A stretch of DNA of 64,000 nucleotides from the sequence record SRR31156797_5029. The stretch is one strand, 5' to 3'. The notes under the pieces were generated by a model. The model saw only the letters and a list, made by a program, of their open reading frames with translations. It was not told where the DNA came from and did not search any database. The translations under genes and the position numbers were made by a program. Of this stretch, positions 19,371-27,551 are shown piece after piece. The stretch's first letter is position 1, and every line of letters starts with the position of its first letter.

Positions 19371-20987
19371 ATGGCTGGATACAAAGAAACACCACGTCAG
19401 AAGATGATCGCCATGATGTACCTGGTACTCACGGCACTTTTGGCATTGAATGTATCAAAAGAGATGCTGAATGCCTTTTTGGTGGTGAACGACAGTGTGG
19501 AACTGACCAACGAAAATTTTACCAAAAAGCTGAACGATACTTATCATGCGTTCGACAAGAAATATCAAAACGATCAGGTTAAGGTAAAACCGTTCTACGA
19601 CCGTGCGCTGGAAGCCAGAGATTTATCAAAACAAATGGTGGATTATGTGGATAGTCTGAAATTTGAATTGATTTCTCGCACTGAGAAAATAACATACGAT
19701 TCAGCAAAGCTTGTTAAGGTATCGGAAGTAAAAAATAAAGATGATTATGATACGCCGACGAATTTCTTTTTCAGGGGTAGCGAAGATGGTTCTAAGGGCG
19801 CCGGAAAAGATCTGAAACAGCGTATTGATGATTTCAGGCTCAACATGTTGAACCTTATTGATGCCGACGATCGTAAGCGAATAAAACTAGGGTTGAGAAC
19901 CGATGGAGAATATAAAGATACTGAGGGTGTCCCGCAAAACTGGATTCAATATAATTTTTACCATACCATTCTTGCTGCTGATGTGGCTATTTTGAATAAG
20001 ATCATCACCGAAATTTATAATGCCGAATTTGACATTGTGAACTTTCTACTCGATGCTGTTGATGCCAAGGATTTTAAGTATGATGAAATTGACGCCAAGA
20101 TACTTCCCAATCGCGACTACGTTTTTGTTGGCGAAGATTACGAAGCAGAGGCTATTGTAGCAGCATACAGTACCACGCAAAATCCTGAAGTTTTCCTCAA
20201 AATGGGTGTTGATTCATTGCCTGTTTCTGAACTGGCTTCAGCCCAAACAATTGAAGGTGAGAGGGGTATGGTACGGTTCTCATTACCAGCTACAGAAGAG
20301 GGCGTTCAAAAATACGCAGGTGTAATCAGGGTCAAGGGTGGAACAGGAGAAATGAACACCTATCATTTCCGTGAGGAGTATACGGTGGGCAGGCCTTCAT
20401 TAACGGTTTCAGCTACCAAGATGAATGTATTTTACATTGGTGTTGATAATCCGGTGGATATTTCCTCCCCGGGTATTCCGAATGAAAAACTAACCCCAAG
20501 CATCAGCGTGGGTACATTAACACGAAATCCTGAGAATGATGGATGGGTTGTTAGGGTTAAAGAAAAACCACAGGGCGATATGACAGCAGTAATTTCAGTT
20601 CTTGCAGAAATTGACGGTGAGAGGATGAATATGGGTGAGATGAAATTCAGATTGCGAACAGTGCCAGACCCAACCGCGAAAATCGCCAATAAAACTGAAG
20701 GAACGATCACCACAAATACATTGCTATATTCTCCGCAGATTGTACCGGTTAAACCTAAAGATTTCGACTTTGATATGGTTTTTGAGATCGTTTCGTTCGA
20801 CATGGTATTGCTCCAGGGTGAATCTGTGATAAAGAGAAGTGCAAACGGCCCTTATTTTTCTCAGGAAATGAAAGACCTTTTGGAAACAGCCAGAAGGGGT
20901 CAGCGGATTTGGTTTGAAAATATTGTGGCGACTGGCTCAGATAAAGAAACCAGGCGGTTGAATTCAATCAACTTTGTGATACAGTAA
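19371..20987 (+). CDS. gldM: T9SS motor subunit GldM/PorM
   Basis: TPRQKMIAMMYLVLTALLALNVS, KMNVFYIGVDNP. Confidence 0.96.
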   Translation: MAGYKETPRQKMIAMMYLVLTALLALNVSKEMLNAFLVVNDSVELTNENFTKKLNDTYHAFDKKYQNDQVKVKPFYDRALEARDLSKQMVDYVDSLKFELISRTEKITYDSAKLVKVSEVKNKDDYDTPTNFFFRGSEDGSKGAGKDLKQRIDDFRLNMLNLIDADDRKRIKLGLRTDGEYKDTEGVPQNWIQYNFYHTILAADVAILNKIITEIYNAEFDIVNFLLDAVDAKDFKYDEIDAKILPNRDYVFVGEDYEAEAIVAAYSTTQNPEVFLKMGVDSLPVSELASAQTIEGERGMVRFSLPATEEGVQKYAGVIRVKGGTGEMNTYHFREEYTVGRPSLTVSATKMNVFYIGVDNPVDISSPGIPNEKLTPSISVGTLTRNPENDGWVVRVKEKPQGDMTAVISVLAEIDGERMNMGEMKFRLRTVPDPTAKIANKTEGTITTNTLLYSPQIVPVKPKDFDFDMVFEIVSFDMVLLQGESVIKRSANGPYFSQEMKDLLETARRGQRIWFENIVATGSDKETRRLNSINFVIQ

Positions 20988-21014
20988 AATTTGCGAACAT
21001 TTAAATTTAGAATT

Positions 21015-21893
21015 ATGAATATCAGGCTTTTAAAATTTTTTATTTTTCTCGCATTCACCGTTTCAGGTGTTGTTGTTTTGGCCCAGCCGGCAAACCAGGT
21101 CCAACTGGTTACCGAGCCAAGAGACAAGGCCTACGACCGTGCACATATTGACGATTTGAAGCCGATAACCTACCCTTACCTCAGAGAAGCAGATGTGTTT
21201 TGGGAAAAGCGTATTTGGCGTGTTATCGACTTGCGTGAAAAAATGAACCAACCACTTTATTTCCCTGAAATTCCACAAGGACGATGGCGCAGCCTGATGC
21301 AGGTGCTTTGGGATGCTGTTTTGGGGGGCGAGATAACTGCCTACGAATATACACCGAGCACAGATAATTTTGAATCGCTGATTCCACTCACTGCTAATCA
21401 GATCGAGCAGCAGCTTACTGATACGATTCCGGTTCAGGTGGTGGACCCGAACGATCCCAACAATTTTATCACCGAAATGAAACCCGAACCGTTTGTACCG
21501 GAGGATGTGGTGAGGTACTTGATTAAAGAGGACTGGATTTTTGATAAAAAACGTTCGGAAATGCAGGTTCGCATTTTGGGAATTTGCCCGCTCAGGATCG
21601 ACTATGACGAAAATGGAAACCAACGTGGATATGAAAACCTGTTCTGGCTATATTTCCCTGAAATAAGGCCATTACTCGCCAGGTTCGAAATTTTTAACCG
21701 CAACAACAGCGCCCGCAGGTTGACTTACGATGAGTACTTTCTTACACGCTCATTCGCAAGTTACATCACCAAGGAAGACAATGTTTACAACCGCGAAATT
21801 CGCGATTATACATTGGGTATCGATGCACTTCTGGAGTCGAAACGTATAAAAGAGGATCTTCGCAATTTCGAAGGCGAACTTTGGGTGTATTAA
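21015..21893 (+). CDS. gldN: T9SS protein GldN/PorN
   Basis: [41 protein letters not shown]. Probable ATG at 21015. Confidence 0.95.
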   Translation: MNIRLLKFFIFLAFTVSGVVVLAQPANQVQLVTEPRDKAYDRAHIDDLKPITYPYLREADVFWEKRIWRVIDLREKMNQPLYFPEIPQGRWRSLMQVLWDAVLGGEITAYEYTPSTDNFESLIPLTANQIEQQLTDTIPVQVVDPNDPNNFITEMKPEPFVPEDVVRYLIKEDWIFDKKRSEMQVRILGICPLRIDYDENGNQRGYENLFWLYFPEIRPLLARFEIFNRNNSARRLTYDEYFLTRSFASYITKEDNVYNREIRDYTLGIDALLESKRIKEDLRNFEGELWVY

Positions 21894-21985
21894 TTTCAGT
21901 GACCATTTTAGGATAAAAATATTGAAACTCCTTGCAGCTTGCTGTAAGGAGTTTTTCTTTTATTTTGTGGTAGAAAACTACATCC

Positions 21986-24091
21986 ATGTCCAACTCAATT
22001 TTACGCAATTCCATAGAATATTTGAAAGGTGTAGGCCCGGCACGTGCCGAGTTACTAAAGAAAGAGCTGGACATTCACACTTTCGAAGACCTGCTTTATT
22101 ATTTCCCGTTCCGGTACGTAGACCGAAGTAAGTTTTTTAAAGTGTCAGAGATTTCAAGTGAGCATACCTGGGTGCAGATCAAAGGAAGGATCACCAACCT
22201 GAAAACTGTTGGAGTAGGAAGAGGTAAACGGCTCACCGGTTTCCTTCAGGATAGTTCCGGTTCTGTTGAGCTGGTTTGGTTTCGCGGGATCTCATGGGTG
22301 GTGCAAAAAATAAAACCCAACCTCGAGTATGTGGTGTTCGGCAAGCCCACACTATTCAATGGTAAGTTTAATTTTGCGCATCCTGAATTTGAAGCTGTTG
22401 TGGATTTGGAGGTTGCCCCAGCAGCCAGCCTGCAGCCTGTTTACAACACCACAGAAAAGCTCAGGAGTAGAGGGCTGGAAAGTCGTGGTTTAGCACGTCT
22501 GACAAAATCACTGGTTGCGCAGATCAGGAATTCGATCCATGAAACTTTATCTGATGAATTGATCCACAGAATGAAATTTGTTTCACGGGAAATGGCACTG
22601 ATCAATATTCATCATCCCGAAAGTCAGGCATTATTGGATAGGTCTATTGCCCGGTTGAAGTTTGAAGAGTTGTTCTTTATCCAGTTGATGTTACTGAAGC
22701 TGAAATTTATCCGCACGAAAAAGATTAAAGGGCATGTATTTGGTGTGGTGGGTGATTATTTCAACAACTTTTATGCAAACCATTTGCCCTTTGAATTAAC
22801 CGGTGCACAAAAGTGTGTAATACGTGAAATAAGGACGGATATGGGAACCGGTGCACAAATGAACCGGCTCTTGCAGGGTGACGTGGGAAGCGGGAAAACC
22901 CTTGTTGCTCTGATGTGTATGCTTATTGCCATCGACAACGGATACCAGACGGCGTTGATGGCGCCAACAGAAATTTTGGCACAGCAACATTTTGCAACCA
23001 TCAGCAAAATGTTAAAAGGTCTTGAATTGGAAATTTATCTCCTGACCGGATCAACAAAAACCGCTGACCGTAAAATCATACATGAAAAGCTGGAAGATGG
23101 CTCCCTGAAAATCCTCATCGGGACCCATGCCCTGATCGAGAAAAAAGTAAAATTCAGGAACCTCGGATTCACGGTTATTGATGAGCAACATCGTTTTGGT
23201 GTAGCCCAGCGCGCCAGACTGTGGCAAAAAAATGTGGTGCCTCCGCATGTTTTGGTCATGACCGCCACGCCCATTCCGCGCACCCTTGCCATGACGGTAT
23301 ATGGAGATCTGGATGTTTCGGTGATTGATGAATTGCCACCGGGTCGCAAGCCGGTGCAAACCTTTCATTATTACGACAGCAAACGCCCACAGCTTTTCAA
23401 TTTCATGAAGAACCAAATTGCTGAAGGGAGGCAAATCTATGTGGTTTACCCGCTGATCAACGAATCGGAAGCCCTGGATTTAAAAGATCTGATGGATGGT
23501 TATGAAAGCATTGTCCGTTCTTTTCCTTTACCTGATTATGCGGTGAGTATTGTGCATGGACAGATGAAAACCGACCAGAAAGACTGGGAAATGCAACGGT
23601 TTGTAAAAGGCGAAACCAACATTATGGTGGCCACCACCGTAATTGAAGTGGGTGTAGATGTGCCCAATGCTTCAGTGATGGTCATCGAAAATGCTGAGCG
23701 TTTCGGGCTTTCTCAGTTGCACCAGCTGCGTGGCAGGGTAGGGCGTGGCGCTGACCAGTCATATTGTATTTTGATGTCGGGCTACAAGCTTACAACCGAT
23801 GGCAAGAAGCGACTCCAAACCATGGTTGAAACCACCGATGGTTTTAAAATTGCAGAGGTAGATATGAAGTTGCGAGGCCCCGGCGATATGCATGGAACCC
23901 AGCAAAGTGGAGTTCTCGATATGAAACTGGCAGATATCATCCGCGATGAAAAAATCCTGAAGTTTGCCCGGTCAGTGGCCATCGAGATTCTGGAAGATGA
24001 TCCCGGTTTGCAAAAGCCCGCCAACGAAAGAATAGCAGGGCGTTTGCAACAAATCAGCAAAACACGGCATGATTGGAGCCGGATTAGTTGA
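21986..24091 (+). CDS. recG: ATP-dependent DNA helicase RecG
   Basis: LQGDVGSGKT, DEQHRFG, TATPIPRT, QLHQLRGRVGRG. Confidence 0.98.
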   Translation: MSNSILRNSIEYLKGVGPARAELLKKELDIHTFEDLLYYFPFRYVDRSKFFKVSEISSEHTWVQIKGRITNLKTVGVGRGKRLTGFLQDSSGSVELVWFRGISWVVQKIKPNLEYVVFGKPTLFNGKFNFAHPEFEAVVDLEVAPAASLQPVYNTTEKLRSRGLESRGLARLTKSLVAQIRNSIHETLSDELIHRMKFVSREMALINIHHPESQALLDRSIARLKFEELFFIQLMLLKLKFIRTKKIKGHVFGVVGDYFNNFYANHLPFELTGAQKCVIREIRTDMGTGAQMNRLLQGDVGSGKTLVALMCMLIAIDNGYQTALMAPTEILAQQHFATISKMLKGLELEIYLLTGSTKTADRKIIHEKLEDGSLKILIGTHALIEKKVKFRNLGFTVIDEQHRFGVAQRARLWQKNVVPPHVLVMTATPIPRTLAMTVYGDLDVSVIDELPPGRKPVQTFHYYDSKRPQLFNFMKNQIAEGRQIYVVYPLINESEALDLKDLMDGYESIVRSFPLPDYAVSIVHGQMKTDQKDWEMQRFVKGETNIMVATTVIEVGVDVPNASVMVIENAERFGLSQLHQLRGRVGRGADQSYCILMSGYKLTTDGKKRLQTMVETTDGFKIAEVDMKLRGPGDMHGTQQSGVLDMKLADIIRDEKILKFARSVAIEILEDDPGLQKPANERIAGRLQQISKTRHDWSRIS

Positions 24092-24106
24092 TTCTAATTC
24101 AAAGAT

Positions 24107-24682
24107 TCATTCGGGATTTTCCTTTTTCCAGGCATTATACTTTATGATTACTTCAGGAATTTCCTCATAATCGTAAACTTTGTTTCTTACCTCCCTTTTA
24201 AGTACTTTATTATCAGACACCCTCGATGCAAGCTGTTTACGATATCCTGTCCGGGTAAGTTTATTAAATTTACCCGATCGGCTATCCTCAATATAATAGT
24301 TGTTAACGTCCTGCTGATCCTCAACTGTAAAAATTGCTGTGAGTTTATTTTGAGTAGCAAGTAAATTCAGTCTGCCGGTAATTAAATTCCTGGCAAACAC
24401 ATGAAAGGCAGCAGCTTCTGCATTTTCGATCTGCAAAATGGATTGATATTGAATGGTGTCGTTAATCACAAATCCCTTGATCTGCCGCGGATAATATGTT
24501 TTCTTCTTTCCTTCGGTATCTCTGAATACCACCTTTCCTTTCCCGGGTTTTGTTTTCTGGCAGACGCTTCCAAAAATAGTATCGGATTTGTTGTCGATGA
24601 GATAGCCCGTAAGGTAATCGTTTTGTGAGCTAACAGTTACTGCCGTAAGCAGAAAAATGATAATCGTGATTGTGAATTTCAT
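24107..24682 (-). CDS. Hypothetical exported protein
   Basis: Signal peptide MKFTITIIIFLLTAVTVSSQ from ATG at 24682. Confidence 0.7.
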   Translation of the reverse strand: MKFTITIIIFLLTAVTVSSQNDYLTGYLIDNKSDTIFGSVCQKTKPGKGKVVFRDTEGKKKTYYPRQIKGFVINDTIQYQSILQIENAEAAAFHVFARNLITGRLNLLATQNKLTAIFTVEDQQDVNNYYIEDSRSGKFNKLTRTGYRKQLASRVSDNKVLKREVRNKVYDYEEIPEVIIKYNAWKKENPE

Positions 24683-24836
24683 GGTGTGAAATAATGGTGT
24701 GAAATATTGGAGTTCAAAAATAGAAAACATCATTCATTTATAGTCTAAAGCTTAATTTTAAAACAATGGAAATCTTTATTTTGCTGGAACAATAAATCAA
24801 ACCACACTGCCCTCCCCCCCTTAAACGTCAATTTAT

Positions 24837-24844
24837 TACATTTG
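24837..24844 (+). promoter_or_regulatory. -7 promoter element upstream of the repeat array
   Basis: TACATTTG (TAnnTTTG), within the left direct repeat. Confidence 0.55.
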
Positions 24845-24956
24845 TACAGCGTGAGTTGAAAGTTGCTTATGAATCATTGATACGTTTTTTTCAATTGGTA
24901 AAGCAATATAATCACATTTACTTATTAGACTTTGGGATTCAATAAAAGTAGCAATG

Positions 24957-25298
24957 TCTGGTACAAAAACAGCAGTAAAATTGCATGTGGATTTTGGAAA
25001 GAAAAATAGGGGTAAACAGCGTGAATGAATTGATGAAACATCTGGAGAAACCAGACGAAATAATAGAGATAATGATGTAAATGATGGTGAAATTGATGAA
25101 ATAAGTGGTAAGCCGTCTGGAGATTCCAGACAAAGAATAGGTAATAGAAAAAGTGTTATTGTTTATTGAAATAATAACCTTGGATGATTTAGTAGGCCAT
25201 CTGGAGATTCCAGATAAAGTAGAGGTGATAATAGAGGTAATGATATAAATGAAGGTAAAACTGATGATGTAAGTAAAGAACTATCTGGAGATTCCAGA
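24957..25298. repeat. Regularly interspaced palindromic repeat array (TCTGGAGATTCCAGA)
   Basis: Exact copies at 25116, 25200 and 25284, variant TCTGGAGAAACCAGA at 25041, degenerate TCTGGT... at 24957. Periods 84, 75, 84, 84 bp. Confidence 0.9.
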
Positions 25299-25321
25299 CA
25301 ATAACAATATAAAGCTTAGAA

Positions 25322-26779
25322 ATGGAAAATTTAACTAAAGATATGTTATCGGGTATCAACAAGCTGATAATAAAATATAAAAAAATGAATAGTAATGAAC
25401 TTCGTTTTCATATTGGCGGATTTATTGTGTCTTTTTATGTTAAAAGGAAGAAAGTAATCAAAGAGCAAACTTCCTGGAATAAAATACTAACTTCAGTTTC
25501 GGATAGCCTGAATAAAGAATACGGTGGAGATGGTTATGGGGTAACAAACTTAAATTATATGCAACAGTTTTATCGTAAATACAGGAACTCATCCGAGATG
25601 ATGGACAAAGCGTTAAAACTTGATTGGAGTCACAATGTTGCATTGCTAAAAGATAAACTAAATGATGATGAAAGAAATTATTATTTAAACAGGGCTATTT
25701 CCGAAAAATGGTCTGTAAAAGAAATAGAGCGTCAAATAAAGGATGATGGTTTCGATAATTTTTTAAACGAAATAGAGGGGAACAACTATCAATTTATCAT
25801 TAAAGACTTAAAGATAGAGAACTATAAATCACTGGTAAATATTGAAATTGCAAATCCTTCGAAACTGCTTGTTTTTGCTGGTGCAAATGCAAGCGGTAAA
25901 TCAAACATATTTGAAGCAGTTGAGTTTTTAATGCATACTGCCATGACCACAGGAACAATTGCGTTTGATATTTTCGGAGGTAACGAAAATGTTGTAAATT
26001 ACAAAGCCTCAAAGCAAAATGGTCAGTTCCTTGAAATTGTTTTGGATTTATCCTTCGGAAGTAATGATCACAATATTAGTTTTGGGTTGAAATACGATAT
26101 CCAAACGAAGCAATTAGCAAGGGAGTTTACAGGGATTAAGAAATTAGATGAAAGAATAGTAAATTCTTTTTCCAGAATATTTATTGATAATCACAAAAGG
26201 GCAGAGAATAAACTAAAAACTTATAATAAACTCTGGATTGATGCTGCTAATTTGAGTAGCATTCTAAAAGTAACCCTTGAAGACGAAAAAAAGAAAACAG
26301 AGATTATTGAATGGATTCAGATATTAATTCCCGAAATTGAAAGTGTATCAGTTGAAAAGGATTTTAGTGGAAAAGAAGAATTAATAATTATTGAAAAGTC
26401 TTATCCTGACAAGCCATTTGCCGGAAATTTAATATCCGAAGGAACACATAACATAATAGCATTACTTACATTATTTTATCAAACAGATCAACCCCAGTTT
26501 GTTTGTATAGAAGAACCGGAAACTGGGTTAAACCCTGCTGTTTTAAGTGAACTCATTCCATTTTTACGTGAGATGACAGATAAATATCATCATCATATTT
26601 GGATTACAACACACTCGGCTTCTTTGGTTTCAGAACTTACTGAGGAAGAATTAATCATTGTAAACAAAAAAGAAGGGGAAACAAAAACCAACCAATGCAA
26701 AGACGGGGATTTCGAAAAAATGCGGCCAGACGAAGCATGGATGAGCAATATGCTTAAAGGAGGAGGATTACCATGGTAA
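25322..26779 (+). CDS. DUF1016 (YhcG) N-terminal domain fused to an AAA_15/AAA_21-type ABC ATPase
   Basis: Residues ~1-145: EYGGDGYGVTNLNYMQQFY...LDWSH..LL...ERNYY...EKWSVKEIERQI. Then IENYKSL, Walker A GANASGKS, signature-like ISEGT, Walker B IEEPE, H-loop TTHS. Confidence 0.85.
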   Translation: MENLTKDMLSGINKLIIKYKKMNSNELRFHIGGFIVSFYVKRKKVIKEQTSWNKILTSVSDSLNKEYGGDGYGVTNLNYMQQFYRKYRNSSEMMDKALKLDWSHNVALLKDKLNDDERNYYLNRAISEKWSVKEIERQIKDDGFDNFLNEIEGNNYQFIIKDLKIENYKSLVNIEIANPSKLLVFAGANASGKSNIFEAVEFLMHTAMTTGTIAFDIFGGNENVVNYKASKQNGQFLEIVLDLSFGSNDHNISFGLKYDIQTKQLAREFTGIKKLDERIVNSFSRIFIDNHKRAENKLKTYNKLWIDAANLSSILKVTLEDEKKKTEIIEWIQILIPEIESVSVEKDFSGKEELIIIEKSYPDKPFAGNLISEGTHNIIALLTLFYQTDQPQFVCIEEPETGLNPAVLSELIPFLREMTDKYHHHIWITTHSASLVSELTEEELIIVNKKEGETKTNQCKDGDFEKMRPDEAWMSNMLKGGGLPW

Positions 26780-27360
26780 AAGTCGGTTTCATTGTTGAAG
26801 GTACTTCGGACTTCATAATTTTGAAATCTGACAGGTTTCAGAGTTTACTTAATTATAAACTTGAAATTGAGACCGATGAGTCTTTGATAAATATTGCACA
26901 TGGTCGGTCAGGGTTAAAAAAGAATTTTGTGTCACTCGTTAGAAATCTGCAAAAACAAAATGTCGATTATATTTTTACACTTGTTGATCAGGATGATAAA
27001 GAAGAAGACAAAAAGAATAGAGGATACCGGCCTCCCGACTGTCCGATAGTTGTTGTGAACGAAATTCAAAATTTTCGGGATAATAGGAATTATATTTTCC
27101 AAAAAAATTCATTTGTAATTATGACCAGAGAAATGGAAGCATGGTTTTTGGCTGATGTTGATCTGAATTTAAAGTTTGATGGTGACCCTGAAGAAGTTTT
27201 AAACCCATCCGATATTGTTGGTGAGCAGTTAAATACATCAAGTCATGTGAAAATTGCAAATAAGCTTAAAAATAGATTTTCATTAGTCAGAGCTGCTGAA
27301 AACTCAAAAAGCGCAAAAAGGTTTCTTGAAAAACTTAAAGAAATTGCCGTTGGAAACTAA
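26773..27360 (+). CDS. TOPRIM-like DUF4276-type protein, putative nuclease effector
   Basis: FIVEGTSD, VDQD, REMEAWFLAD, NSKSAKRFL motifs. Overlaps the ATPase stop by 7 bp (ATGGTAA). Confidence 0.75.
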   Translation: MVKVGFIVEGTSDFIILKSDRFQSLLNYKLEIETDESLINIAHGRSGLKKNFVSLVRNLQKQNVDYIFTLVDQDDKEEDKKNRGYRPPDCPIVVVNEIQNFRDNRNYIFQKNSFVIMTREMEAWFLADVDLNLKFDGDPEEVLNPSDIVGEQLNTSSHVKIANKLKNRFSLVRAAENSKSAKRFLEKLKEIAVGN

Positions 27361-27443
27361 ACCAAATTTTTTTCCCGACTTTCAATCCTCTGATACCGAT
27401 CACAACCCACAACTGTTAACTCAAAACTCACAACTGAACTCAA

Positions 27444-27485
27444 AACCAATAACGAATAACCAATAACCAATAACGAATAACCAAT
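27444..27485. repeat. Heptamer tandem repeat (AAC[C/G]AAT)6
   Basis: (AACCAAT AACGAAT AACCAAT)x2, preceded by AACTCAA/AACTCAC units. Confidence 0.85.
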
Positions 27486-27513
27486 TACAATCCACCCCTA
27501 CAGTTCAATTTAT

Positions 27514-27521
27514 TACATTTG
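27514..27521 (+). promoter_or_regulatory. pheT -7 promoter element
   Basis: TACATTTG, 30 nt before the pheT ATG. Confidence 0.7.
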
Positions 27522-27551
27522 CGGACTTAATTTCAAAATCATAGAAAAATC

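Larger units (their letters stand above)
24828..27521 (+). mobile_element. Non-autonomous AT-rich islet bounded by a 17-bp direct repeat
   Basis: TCAATTTATTACATTTG occurs at both 24828-24844 and 27505-27521. The cargo is visibly more AT-rich than recG/pheT and defence-like. No recombinase gene inside. Confidence 0.6.

Noticed and set aside
15699-21893. porP-gldKLMN as novel or as proof of gliding motility
   Set aside because: Well-known T9SS core that is also present in non-gliding Bacteroidia.
24939-25133. 64-aa minus-strand ORF across the array
   Set aside because: TTG start inside a repeat and low-complexity I/F/S sequence. The open frame is explained by the G-poor minus strand having few stop codons.
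24957-25298. Calling the array a CRISPR array
   Set aside because: The repeat is only 15-17 bp, spacers are 60-69 nt and related to each other, and there are no cas genes in the window.
25322-27360. Retron, Septu or canonical PARIS assignment
   Set aside because: No reverse transcriptase or HNH gene. The partner looks DUF4276-like and the ATPase has an extra DUF1016_N domain, so only general similarity is supported.
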